Position numbers and translations under genes: made by a program. DNA of 61,027 nt, counting the filler. It is 5 parts of 5 records of this genome, joined end to end, with 100 filler letters (N's around TTAATTAATTAA, not from the genome) between each part and the next. Parts side by side here need not be neighbours in the genome. Positions count along the whole stretch, not along the records: positions 7,565 to 34,723 come from SRR31156797_893; 4 more parts are not named here. One strand, 5' to 3'. The notes below the pieces were generated by a model. It did not search any database. It was not told where the DNA came from and worked only from the letters and a program-made list of their open reading frames with translations. Below, piece after piece: positions 20,599-29,892 of the stretch. Every line of letters begins with the position of its first letter. Position 1 is the first letter of the stretch.

Positions 20599-21660
20599 CT
20601 ATTTGTAAACAACATCAGCAGCCATTAAAATATCGGCGGGAATTTCCATCCCTAACTCTTTTGCCCGCTTAAGATTAAAAACAAGGGCATAACGCTCCGC
20701 TTCTTCAATCGGAATATCTCCGGGCGCAATTCCGTTCAAAATAGCGACAACCATTTGTCCGGCCTGCCTGCCCATGGCAATGAAATCGACTCCGGCCCCA
20801 CCTAGCATTCCCAGACGTGCGAATGAATAGTTAATGGATATTCCCGGAATACGACAATTAGCTACCGTCCACTTTATAATGTCCGAGGTTGAATAACTTT
20901 TACCATTTTTATCTTTAAGCAGGGTTGCAGCCGGATAGACAGTCCCAATGGTAGAATCGGAACAGGACCGGCCTAAGATCTCCGTATACTCTTCCCAAGA
21001 TGTTGCTGTACGGATTTCAAATTCAATACCCAGATTACTTCCGGCTTCACCGATCTCCCGCCCCAACTGTTTGAGCACGGCCCTGCCGGTAGGAGACTCA
21101 TCAGAAACCACCAACATTTTATTGAGATCAGGAAGGATTTTTTTCTGCACCTTGCAGGCATCTATAAAATGAAGCTTCTCGTACACCCCGGTAATATTGT
21201 GCCCCGGGGCTGATCGAGAATCCATCCATTTTACTTTTCGATCATAATCTTCGGGCTGCCCGTTCAAGCCGGAAAAAACAATATCGATTTCACTGTCCAC
21301 AAGCCTTAGCCCCACAGTTCTGAAAGCATTGTCGTCCAATAGAACTAGGGCATCGGGCCGGATCGAGCCGACTTTTTCCAGAACTATTTCTACCTGTTTC
21401 GCTATGAGTTCAGGGGTGTTATTAACCTTCTTGGTACTCATGGCGTACTGGTGAACAATCAAATCCTCGCCTTCAACAAATCCCGCTTTACTAAGACTTT
21501 CCAGCACCCCCTGATGCTGAGGGTAGCCACAAATATTATCAAGACCGTAACTATGAACAATCATGATACTCTTTGTCTTTACTTCTCCAGCCATAGCTAT
21601 GCAGCAAAAAGACAAAAAAGAGAGACAAAATATGACAAACACGGAAAGTCTTTTTTTCAT
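20599..21660 (-). CDS. ABC_sub_bind-type periplasmic binding protein
   Basis: Signal peptide; NITGV, GRQAG, LVFNLKRAKELGMEIP; GGAG RBS favours ATG 21660. Confidence 0.85.
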   Translation of the reverse strand: MKKRLSVFVIFCLSFLSFCCIAMAGEVKTKSIMIVHSYGLDNICGYPQHQGVLESLSKAGFVEGEDLIVHQYAMSTKKVNNTPELIAKQVEIVLEKVGSIRPDALVLLDDNAFRTVGLRLVDSEIDIVFSGLNGQPEDYDRKVKWMDSRSAPGHNITGVYEKLHFIDACKVQKKILPDLNKMLVVSDESPTGRAVLKQLGREIGEAGSNLGIEFEIRTATSWEEYTEILGRSCSDSTIGTVYPAATLLKDKNGKSYSTSDIIKWTVANCRIPGISINYSFARLGMLGGAGVDFIAMGRQAGQMVVAILNGIAPGDIPIEEAERYALVFNLKRAKELGMEIPADILMAADVVYK

Positions 21661-21789
21661 TACATCTCCACAGTACAAAATATCCCTCGGACATCACGGT
21701 AAATTGATTGCGGAAATACTATATCATTTTTTCACCAATCCAAACAGACAAACATGATTACCACTAAATTATTCGCACAATCAGAATAC

Positions 21790-22830
21790 TCATCTTGCAA
21801 GAACAAATGAACCCAAAACAGGATAATGGTCCGATGATGCAATAGTTTCAACCACCTCAGCAGACTCTAAACGCAAACCCTTTGAGTAGAAAAGGAAGTC
21901 ATAACGATGCTTGCGCTCTTCAAAAGTAAAATTCTTGTGCAATATTTCAGCGGATTGTCCGGGACTGCTCAGGATTTCACCGACTCCGTCCAAACTTTCA
22001 CGAAACTGATTAATGAATGGAGCCTTCCTTAAATCATTTTCAGGAATCGGAGTCCCTCTGATATAGGCCTGAAAATTAAAATCACCCCCGACCAGAAAAT
22101 CCACTCCAGAACTTTCCCTTTTGATCCATTCGGCAAGATATTCGGCTTGTGCCACCCGCGCCTCCCGATTCCAAACACAAAGGTGGACATTATATATATC
22201 GACACGTTTACCGGCCACTTCAAGTTCTACGCGCTGCATGGTCGATTTCCAGAGCAGGGGGTAGTAAAAAATATTCAGCAATTGATTCTCAAAATTGGGC
22301 TTGCCGGAAGTCTGGGTATACTCGTTGGATACAATCGGAAATTTCGAAATAACAACCGTGGCTTTGGTTATCTTACGTTCCTTGCGCAAGGGGAAAAACA
22401 TATCCCAATCGACCACAGGAGCAGCATACCCCCATCCCAGCCTTTCCATAATATACTGCAGTTGGTTCATGTACCATGAACGCTTGGAATCAAGATCCAC
22501 TTCCTGCAAAAGCACTATATTGGCGTCTTCAGCCCTAACCAAATCAATAAACTTATCCAAATTAGCCGTAAAAAACTCTTCAGGATGCTCATCAGCCAAA
22601 GTGTGCTGCATCGGTCCGGCCGCGAATCCCAAATTATAACTCAGAACCTTCAATTTTCCGGTTTTCGCTTCTCCAGTCTCCACCTCGTCGCTAAACTTAA
22701 GGACCTTCCCTTCTTCCAATGCACCTATCTGATAGACAGGATCTGTATACCACTTGATCAAAAAATACCCGGCAACAAGAATGAGCGCGAACAAGAAAAC
22801 AGAGATAAAAAGCTTAAAAAGTGTATACAT
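21790..22830 (-). CDS. Membrane-anchored endonuclease/exonuclease/phosphatase (EEP) family protein
   Basis: SYN, LQEVD, N.HL, GDFN, YD.L, SDH; N-terminal TM; start 22830 or GTG 22839. Confidence 0.88.
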   Translation of the reverse strand: MYTLFKLFISVFLFALILVAGYFLIKWYTDPVYQIGALEEGKVLKFSDEVETGEAKTGKLKVLSYNLGFAAGPMQHTLADEHPEEFFTANLDKFIDLVRAEDANIVLLQEVDLDSKRSWYMNQLQYIMERLGWGYAAPVVDWDMFFPLRKERKITKATVVISKFPIVSNEYTQTSGKPNFENQLLNIFYYPLLWKSTMQRVELEVAGKRVDIYNVHLCVWNREARVAQAEYLAEWIKRESSGVDFLVGGDFNFQAYIRGTPIPENDLRKAPFINQFRESLDGVGEILSSPGQSAEILHKNFTFEERKHRYDFLFYSKGLRLESAEVVETIASSDHYPVLGSFVLAR

Positions 22831-22974
22831 ATTATTCACCCGTACTCCTGAAATACAACAGGATATATCTATATAAAAATTATAGTGTTTTAGTTGCTTC
22901 CCCGCTTCCGACACAGCACAACAACATTCAATATATAGAAACTAAGGCACAACGACAACTTCCCCTTTTAAAAC

Positions 22975-23015
22975 AAGAAAACTTCCCTGCTGAATTTCAG
23001 CAGGGAAGTTTTCTT
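22975..23015. terminator. Bidirectional-type intrinsic terminator
   Basis: AAGAAAACTTCCCTGCTG-AATTT-CAGCAGGGAAGTTTTCTT. Confidence 0.85.
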
Positions 23016-23187
23016 ACTGTCCCTCCGGATAATAAAGGGGGCAATTTTTGCCTTCAATGCGAACCAGCCTGACTGGTAACGGTTCCGCTATTTCATTAGG
23101 AACAAAACACCGGTAGACATCATATCCTGAATTTAAAAGCAGCATGCCACTGAGCAGGATCAAGCCCAGTGCAATGGTATTCCTCAT
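23014..23187 (-). CDS. Small exported/membrane protein (57 aa)
   Basis: GGAGG 7 nt before ATG 23187; hydrophobic N-terminus; two Cys; stop abuts terminator. Confidence 0.55.
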   Translation of the reverse strand: MRNTIALGLILLSGMLLLNSGYDVYRCFVPNEIAEPLPVRLVRIEGKNCPLYYPEGQ

Positions 23188-23267
23188 ACGCAAACCTCCA
23201 GCAGGAATAAATTTCACCTTTGCTCTTACAAGCAAAAATCGATCCTGCCGGAGAAAGGGCTTTCAAT

Positions 23268-23729
23268 CTAAGGACAGCGGAGAACCATAACCTCGGTCTG
23301 GGAATTCTTTGCCCGTTTAAGCTTCCGGCCGCAGGTATACTCCACGTACAGATACTTACCCTTACCGGGATAGGGGTCACCGCAAATGGTATTGCCTACA
23401 ATAATTCGGCATTTACTTTTACCATCGCATTTTTTTATCAGAGTTTCCTTTGCATCGCAGAAATACTGCTTATACCCCAATTCTCCTTCAAGCTCGAAAC
23501 TGATATTGCCGTATTTAGCACTCAGCACCCTGATGGAATTTTCCGGCAAGACTTCTTTTCGAACATTTTGAGAATCACCGTACTCAATAGACTTTACATC
23601 TTTTTCAGAAACAGGAACCTCAATAACCTTTCCATCTTTAAGGGTGATCTTCATTTCGGCCTGAAGATGAGGTACATAGATAAATATCCCTGCAAAGAGC
23701 ATCATAGCAACAAAAGCTGAGCGAACCAT
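23268..23729 (-). CDS. Secreted SUEL/rhamnose-galactose-binding lectin-domain protein
   Basis: Signal peptide (..LQA); I.VLSAKYG...C...CDGKSKC.I.V.N..CGDP.PG..KYL.VEY.C; GGAGG RBS. Confidence 0.75.
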   Translation of the reverse strand: MVRSAFVAMMLFAGIFIYVPHLQAEMKITLKDGKVIEVPVSEKDVKSIEYGDSQNVRKEVLPENSIRVLSAKYGNISFELEGELGYKQYFCDAKETLIKKCDGKSKCRIIVGNTICGDPYPGKGKYLYVEYTCGRKLKRAKNSQTEVMVLRCP

Positions 23730-23809
23730 AAATTCGTCCTCCAATTACGATTTAAATCCATACCATCATAGCTTAAAAAAACATCCAGTAAAACCTCGGA
23801 GTTCCATTT

Positions 23810-24391
23810 ATGAAAATATTAATTTCAACGATAACCATGCTCTGCCTCGCAACTTCCATTGCTATCGCACAAGACATCGACCACTTAAAGGACCTGAAGC
23901 GTCCACGCTATGAAGCAATATTTCCAGACAGAACAAAGAATGAAGATGCTAAAGAACAGCAAGCCCCCCTCAATAAGACAAAAGCAGAAATAAAGAACAA
24001 CTCACGCTTTACCGGTATTTTCAAAGGAAGGGTCACCGTCCACTACAAGGGAAAGATAGTCACGGCAGAAGCGAAGCTCCACATTGAAACAGGTAAGACG
24101 GGACGCAAAAGCCACTACGACAGCTATATCCTTCCCGAAACTGGAAACTACCTTGAATCAACTTGGAAGCTGGATAAAGACGAAGTCCACAGATCGGTGA
24201 CCATATCCGGCACAACAATCTACGTTACAGATATCATTGTATACGGAAAAGGTGGGAACTCCCAAATCAGGACCCTTGTTTTTTCACCGGACTATTCGGC
24301 ACTTACTTTCTTGAAAACAGAATTTGATGACTCTCCTTCCAACCCGGCCACTGGACAGATCATTGGGAGATTTCTCAGGGTTCAGGACTAA
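23810..24391 (+). CDS. Hypothetical secreted beta-rich protein
   Basis: Signal peptide ending AIA; GGAG RBS. Confidence 0.7.
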   Translation: MKILISTITMLCLATSIAIAQDIDHLKDLKRPRYEAIFPDRTKNEDAKEQQAPLNKTKAEIKNNSRFTGIFKGRVTVHYKGKIVTAEAKLHIETGKTGRKSHYDSYILPETGNYLESTWKLDKDEVHRSVTISGTTIYVTDIIVYGKGGNSQIRTLVFSPDYSALTFLKTEFDDSPSNPATGQIIGRFLRVQD

Positions 24392-24475
24392 AGGCTGTGC
24401 GGATGATCTTGAAAAACAATTCCTTTTACTCCATAATCATCTTTGATAATCGCAAACTGAAATACGGAGTTTAAA

Positions 24476-24814
24476 ATGTATATTTTGAAAAAAGGTCAAG
24501 AGAACAAATTTCAGGACCTCATCCCACTTGGTGAAACCGACTGGCCAGAAGAAGTAAAAAAAGAAATCTGCGATTTTTTCAAAACCGCCGGGGTGGATGA
24601 CCCCATGACCCAGAAACTGGTGGAACCCGGCTTGCAGGGCTTCCGGTGCAAGGACAACAACGAAGAAATAGACTGGGATGATGTGGTAGCTTACTTCAAA
24701 TACGAAGCATTGAGCGTGCTGATTATGCATGATGATAAATTCAAAGAGAAAGCCGAAGAACTATACACCGACTTTTTCGCAAACCACAAATTCAAGGTCT
24801 GGAATAGAGACTAG
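24476..24814 (+). CDS. Hypothetical protein
   Basis: GGAG RBS; acidic 112-aa ORF; terminator follows. Confidence 0.65.
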   Translation: MYILKKGQENKFQDLIPLGETDWPEEVKKEICDFFKTAGVDDPMTQKLVEPGLQGFRCKDNNEEIDWDDVVAYFKYEALSVLIMHDDKFKEKAEELYTDFFANHKFKVWNRD

Positions 24815-24833
24815 CCCGGTCCGTAATGAAATC

Positions 24834-24874
24834 AAAAGCCCCCGCTATTCCATAATGGATTAGCGGGGGCTTTT
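24834..24874. terminator. Bidirectional terminator
   Basis: AAAAGCCCCCGCTA...TAGCGGGGGCTTTT between convergent genes. Confidence 0.85.
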
Positions 24875-24890
24875 ATTTATAAAAAAATAT

Positions 24891-25601
24891 CTACTCCGGC
24901 AGGGAAAATTCGATTCCGAGTCCCTGATTGAGAACAGCCAAAGCAGCTTCAGCCCCTTCCCATCCGGCAGTACATTCCGGACTGAGGCTTATGGTCAAAA
25001 CTTTAATGGTACCGCTATCAAGAGCCTTGCGCAATTCAACACCCCAACCTTTAATGAATTCATCGGTAAAGAGTCGGTTCATCTTTCCGTCTGCCATACG
25101 CCCGAAAAAATAATCCAGATCAAGGTTAAAAATCCAGCTATCCTGCAATTCACCAAGAGCGGCTGGAAATTCCCAAGGTTCATAGGCCGCGTAGCTGACA
25201 GATTGCGGAGCCGAACCTTTACCATGGGTCGCAAATGCCCAATTTGAAATTTTTTCCCCATACTTCTCAATGAAAAGACCTAGATAATTATCCCAGCGAA
25301 ACAGCGGAGTCACGGCAAAAAAGTCATTGTCATATCCGCACTCAAGATATTCATTGATCCCGAAATCTTCAAATTCAGCGTGTGGAAAATGAGTATAATC
25401 TTGCGCAGAAAACAAGGCATCAAAATGACGGTCCACATGGAACATATTCAGATTTTCACCTTTTTTTAAACTCTCCATCCAGCACCAAAAGGCGGCGCGA
25501 TGGTTATCCATAATGAAAATATTGTCCTGCTTCCACAGGAAGTTCAGCTTGATCGCTGCAGAGTGGTTGCGTCCCTGAAAATCTACTACCCATTCACCCA
25601 T
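24891..25601 (-). CDS. UPF0489-family protein
   Basis: MDNH..A...W, HVDRHFD, LDLDYF, TISLSP. Confidence 0.7.
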   Translation of the reverse strand: MGEWVVDFQGRNHSAAIKLNFLWKQDNIFIMDNHRAAFWCWMESLKKGENLNMFHVDRHFDALFSAQDYTHFPHAEFEDFGINEYLECGYDNDFFAVTPLFRWDNYLGLFIEKYGEKISNWAFATHGKGSAPQSVSYAAYEPWEFPAALGELQDSWIFNLDLDYFFGRMADGKMNRLFTDEFIKGWGVELRKALDSGTIKVLTISLSPECTAGWEGAEAALAVLNQGLGIEFSLPE

Positions 25602-25920
25602 TATTCACCTCCGGAAAAATTCAGACATAAAGCTGACAACCACAGAGTGTGTATCAGCCTGCCGTGCTCCGGTCCAGCCTGTGCAGGCACGGTGCAACCT
25701 CATAAAGAAAACTTTTTCCTTTACAAAGGGTGCGGCAGACTGTCCCCGACGGACAATCTGCCATGATGATGAGAGATGGATTAAGTGTGTAGATGAGACG
25801 GTGCTGTCTTCCGGCAGGCAACAGGGGAGAAGCCTGCAGAAAAATAAAAATATATGTGTGCAGTCAGAATCAACCGCACCTTTCCATGACAGAAATGAAA
25901 CATCCCCGTCCGGTGAATAA

Positions 25921-26088
25921 CTATTTAAGACTGTTTATATCGAGAGGAGAACCGCAGACCGGACAGACCCGGATGGTCTTACCGAAAGTATTCCCCATAA
26001 CCCAGAAACGGGTAAACCATGCTTCGTCCTTTTTGCTGTGGTACTGGACCATAACCCTGTTACCGCATTTGCAAAATCTTTCCTGCAT
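25921..26088 (-). CDS. Small zinc-ribbon protein (55 aa), absent from the ORF track
   Basis: MQERFCKCGNRVMVQYHSKKDEAWFTRFWVMGNTFGKTIRVCPVCGSPLDINSLK*; CxC + CPxCG; AGGAG RBS; TTGACA upstream on the minus strand. Confidence 0.75.
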   Translation of the reverse strand: MQERFCKCGNRVMVQYHSKKDEAWFTRFWVMGNTFGKTIRVCPVCGSPLDINSLK

Positions 26089-26225
26089 GACCGACTCCTA
26101 TCTCGTGAATTCCTCTGGATTGAAATCCGCCTTCCCGGCGTGCCCTTGCCATGTGACGACTACAATTAATCACAACAAAACATTTGTGTCAACTTAAAAT
26201 AAACACCACACAACAAATTCTCTAC

Positions 26226-26251
26226 CCTGAGTTAACTTATGTTAAATCAGG
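26226..26251. promoter_or_regulatory. Palindromic operator candidate
   Basis: CCTGAGTTAAC-TTAT-GTTAAATCAGG. Confidence 0.45.
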
Positions 26252-26306
26252 ACACAAAAAAACCTCCCAAAGGGGAGGTTTAAAAAAAGTCTATTTCAAC
26301 AAAAAA

Positions 26307-26969
26307 CTAATGATATTCGCGGGAAACCCAGACAACCTGACCAAGCACGCGCACATTCTCAAGCTCATCACCACCAAGGTGGATGGGAGCATAATCCTTG
26401 TTGTCACTATGTAAAACAACCTGACCGGGACGTTTTTCCACCCTTTTGACCATGACAGTATCTTCAACACCTACAGCGTAAATCCCACCGGCAAGAATAT
26501 CCTTACGGGACTGGTCCAGCAGGACAATGTCACCTTCTTTCAATTCCGGTTCCATGCTGTTGCCATAAACTTCCATTAAAACCATATCGGAAGGATTTCC
26601 TTTGCCGCCGATCCAATCTTTACGAAAGGCGTAAAAGCCTTCAATTTCGCCACCAGTTTCAAACGATCCGCCACCTGCGGAAAGACGGGCTGCAACCTTT
26701 GGAATACGGGAAAATTCATCTGCGAACTCCACGGCATTCACTTCCGGACGCGGGGACCCCAGCCCGGATTCAAGCCACGTGGAATCAAGATTATAGCGCA
26801 CGGAAAGCTCAAGAATCCAACGCGGAGGAACGGCACCTTTTTTCTTCACAAGGGAAACAGCCGCCCTGCCGACTCCCAGTTCGCGCGCCAACTGGGCCTG
26901 AGTAGAAATATCAGTCTGTTCTTTCAGTCTTTCAAAAAATGAATCGAAATCTTTAGCTTGCATCGGCAC
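26307..26969 (-). CDS. CI/LexA-like repressor (HTH + peptidase S24)
   Basis: N-terminal HTH; LSAGGG cleavage site; GNSMEP Ser; VKR Lys; start may be ATG 26963. Confidence 0.9.
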   Translation of the reverse strand: MPMQAKDFDSFFERLKEQTDISTQAQLARELGVGRAAVSLVKKKGAVPPRWILELSVRYNLDSTWLESGLGSPRPEVNAVEFADEFSRIPKVAARLSAGGGSFETGGEIEGFYAFRKDWIGGKGNPSDMVLMEVYGNSMEPELKEGDIVLLDQSRKDILAGGIYAVGVEDTVMVKRVEKRPGQVVLHSDNKDYAPIHLGGDELENVRVLGQVVWVSREYH

Positions 26970-27125
26970 CTCAAATTAACAACTGTTTAACTCAAAAGTT
27001 CATCTATACTTAACATTCACAATTCGATATTGCAACTATTTTTATAAACAGAGAAAGCTTTCAAAAAAAATACGTTTGTAGTAACGTACGCAAATAGTTA
27101 CGGGATATAGTCTTTGGAGAGCTTG

Positions 27126-27425
27126 ATGAGTAATGACTTGATTGTTAAAAATCTGGCTACAGAATACGTGGAGCATTTTGAATTTGACTTCGGTGATGCC
27201 GGGGTTGAATTGTCATTGCTTGATGACGCCCCCATAGAGCTGAGAACAATGATTACCGACCTTTGCGGACGGATCACCCCGGAAACTTTGGTTAAGGTAT
27301 ATGAATCTCTCAACGCTATTGCCGAAGCGGAAGACATCTACGCATGCGAGATTGATGAAAAAGTGTGCGAACTTACTTTATTCTGTAAAATTGCCCGCCG
27401 AGTCGAACAGATAGCAACACGCTAA
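27126..27425 (+). CDS. Hypothetical protein
   Basis: GGAG RBS; acidic helical ORF followed by terminator at 27450-27484. Confidence 0.65.
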   Translation: MSNDLIVKNLATEYVEHFEFDFGDAGVELSLLDDAPIELRTMITDLCGRITPETLVKVYESLNAIAEAEDIYACEIDEKVCELTLFCKIARRVEQIATR

Positions 27426-27486
27426 ATTTTAGAACTACACGAAATTAATAAGCCCGCCCAATTTCTGATTGAGCGGGCTTTATTAT

Positions 27487-29727
27487 TTAGACGAATTTCT
27501 TGTAGTCTTCAGCACCGGAAACCAACGACAAATTTGCTTCCAGCATTTCAAGACTGACCGACTCAAGCCGGACAGTAATTTTCTGCCCCAGCCTGAAAGC
27601 ATGTCCTGTGCGTTCTCCGACAATCATCTGGCGATCTGACCAGAAAGTGTAGTAGTCATCCCCCAGCGAGGAAAGGCGGACCATGCCTTCTGCCATGACC
27701 TCCTGAAATTCAACCCAGAACCCGAATTCCGCAATAGAAGAGATAACCCCGGTAAATTCCTCACCGACTTTATCCTTAAGAAAGATAATGGTCAGCCGCT
27801 TAAGAATTTCGCGCTCAGCTTCCATGGCTACACGCTCTGTCCCGCTAATGGAACTGCCGATACGGCCCAGCTGCTTTTGTCCGGGAATGGCCTGATGCCC
27901 ATCGCCCAGCGCCACCTTGAGCAGTCGGTGAACCACGAGGTCGGCATACCGCCTGATGGGAGAGGTAAAATGGCAGTAGCATTCGGAAGCCAACCCGAAA
28001 TGCCCTTCATTGTCCGGCTCATACTTAGCCTGCTTCATAGAACGCAGCAGCAACCTGCTGACAATGTATTCCTGATCCGTCCCCTCTGAATCCTTAACTA
28101 CTTTCTGCAAGGACTGCGGGGTGATCGGGTCCGGAGCCTGTTTACTGACCCCGATCTTGCGTAAAACCTTGAACAGGTTGGTCAGTTTTTCCTCATCCGG
28201 GCCGGGGTGAACTCGGTACAGGCAGCCCAGTTCTTTCTCGGTCAGGAATTCCGCCACAGCTTCGTTGGCAGCAATCATGAACTCCTCAATAATCTGGTGC
28301 GCAAAATTGCGGCAACGCGGACGGATATCCACAGTACGGCCCTGCAAATTAAAAAGAATTTCCGGTTCCGGGAGGTCAAATTCAAGACTACCCCGCTCCT
28401 TACGACGCTTATTGATCTTACGAGCCAGTTCTTCGCAGCGTTGGAGCATGGGCAGCAGGTCACCAAAACTTTCCTGATCTTCCTTTTCGCCGAGGATAAT
28501 CCCCTTATATACCTGCTCGTAGGTCAACCGGGCATGACTTTTAATCACAGCCGGGGCAAAGGAAGAGCTGACAGGCTCACCGCTTTTATTAAATTCAATA
28601 GTAGCGGTCATTGCCAGACGATTCACGTCCGGATTCAGACTGCACAACCCGTTACTGAGCGCTTCCGGAAACATGGGTTCCACGGACTTGGGGAAATAAT
28701 AAGAGTTACCGCGTTTCAAGGCCTCACGGTCCAGCGGGGATTCCATGGCTACATAATGACTAACATCGGCAATTGCCACCCGCAGTCGATAACCGCCAGC
28801 TGTCTTTTCAACGAACACAGCATCGTCAAAGTCTTTCGCGGTCGCGCCGTCAATGGTCACAAAGGGGATGTCGCGCATGTCTTCGCGATCAGTAAAATCT
28901 TCTTCGCCCGGTTCATCGGGCAGAGCATCAGCCACAGCAAGAACTTTACCCGGAAAAGCCGTGGGGATTCCGTGATTGGCCTTAACAATGGCCTCCTGCA
29001 CAATGGCATCATCTTCATCACCCAGCATTTTCAGAATACGCCCTTCCCAAAGCGATGGATTAATTTGTTCGCCGGGGGCTACCAGCAAAATATCGCCTCT
29101 CGATATACGGGTGAAATCCACTTCAGTATCCACCGACTCGGTGGGATAAATTTCCTTACCGTTCTCATCCAATACCGGCTCATCAACGACGGCCTCATCA
29201 GGTTCGACCACAATACCGAAATCCAGACGCGGATCAGTGGGATGGCAAAGCAATGCAGTACCGCCCATGGGACGGATTACCCGCACCGGGAAGACCTGCT
29301 TACCGCGCTCAATAACCCGGACCACACGCCCTTCTTCACGTTTACCGCCCCAGTGGGAGCCGGTAATTGCGACGGTAACTCTGTCGCCGTGCCATGCATC
29401 GCGCAGGTTCTTGGTGTGGATATAAATATCTTTGCGTTTCTTATCGTCCGGCAGCAAAAATGCCGCACCGGAACGCTGGACCTGCAACTTCCCAGTGACC
29501 ATGTTCATCTTCTCCACAACGCCGTAAGCACTGCCGATCTTGATGATTTTGCCTTCACGGACAAGGTCTTTGAGTATATTTTTAACAAATTTACGGTGCC
29601 GCTTGGTCAGGCCGAGTCTTTTTTCCAGTTCGCCTGCTGATAACGGCTTGCGGCTTTTCTTGAAAACATTCATCGCCTCAAAAGGCTTGATCATACCGGG
29701 ATTTTTAGATTTTCTTTTCTTTCCCAT
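27487..29727 (-). CDS. rnr: Ribonuclease R
   Basis: HTH/CSD N-terminus, TIDG..AKDFDDA, EEFMIAAN, HFTSPIRRYADL, C-terminal S1. Confidence 0.95.
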   Translation of the reverse strand: MGKKRKSKNPGMIKPFEAMNVFKKSRKPLSAGELEKRLGLTKRHRKFVKNILKDLVREGKIIKIGSAYGVVEKMNMVTGKLQVQRSGAAFLLPDDKKRKDIYIHTKNLRDAWHGDRVTVAITGSHWGGKREEGRVVRVIERGKQVFPVRVIRPMGGTALLCHPTDPRLDFGIVVEPDEAVVDEPVLDENGKEIYPTESVDTEVDFTRISRGDILLVAPGEQINPSLWEGRILKMLGDEDDAIVQEAIVKANHGIPTAFPGKVLAVADALPDEPGEEDFTDREDMRDIPFVTIDGATAKDFDDAVFVEKTAGGYRLRVAIADVSHYVAMESPLDREALKRGNSYYFPKSVEPMFPEALSNGLCSLNPDVNRLAMTATIEFNKSGEPVSSSFAPAVIKSHARLTYEQVYKGIILGEKEDQESFGDLLPMLQRCEELARKINKRRKERGSLEFDLPEPEILFNLQGRTVDIRPRCRNFAHQIIEEFMIAANEAVAEFLTEKELGCLYRVHPGPDEEKLTNLFKVLRKIGVSKQAPDPITPQSLQKVVKDSEGTDQEYIVSRLLLRSMKQAKYEPDNEGHFGLASECYCHFTSPIRRYADLVVHRLLKVALGDGHQAIPGQKQLGRIGSSISGTERVAMEAEREILKRLTIIFLKDKVGEEFTGVISSIAEFGFWVEFQEVMAEGMVRLSSLGDDYYTFWSDRQMIVGERTGHAFRLGQKITVRLESVSLEMLEANLSLVSGAEDYKKFV

Positions 29728-29746
29728 TTTAAAATTCCTAATTATA

Positions 29747-29851
29747 TGATGCGCTATCGCGCTTTATGTTGATTTGATTTTGCCTCCGGCGGCCCTCCGG
29801 GGGCCAAAGAAACTTTTTGGAGAAAGTTTCTCTGGACTCTTCAAAAACTTT
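29747..29851 (+). repeat. REP-like intergenic repeat, copy 1
   Basis: TGATGCGCT..CGCGCTT, TTTTGCCTCCGGCGGC, GAAACTTT..AAAGTTTC hairpin; shared with 34490-34723. Confidence 0.75.
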
Positions 29852-29892
29852 AATAGTTCTGGACCGTTTTAACTTGAATCGTTGTGCGTTTT

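Noticed and set aside
25681-26197. Plus-strand ORFs of 79 and 134 aa
   Set aside because: No RBS or motifs; the region is better explained by the minus-strand Zn-ribbon gene and hairpins
26307-26969. Prophage inferred from the CI-like repressor
   Set aside because: No integrase, structural or replication genes nearby; flanked by chromosomal genes
28207-29640. 477-aa plus-strand ORF
   Set aside because: Entirely antisense to rnr, no recognisable motifs; a shadow ORF
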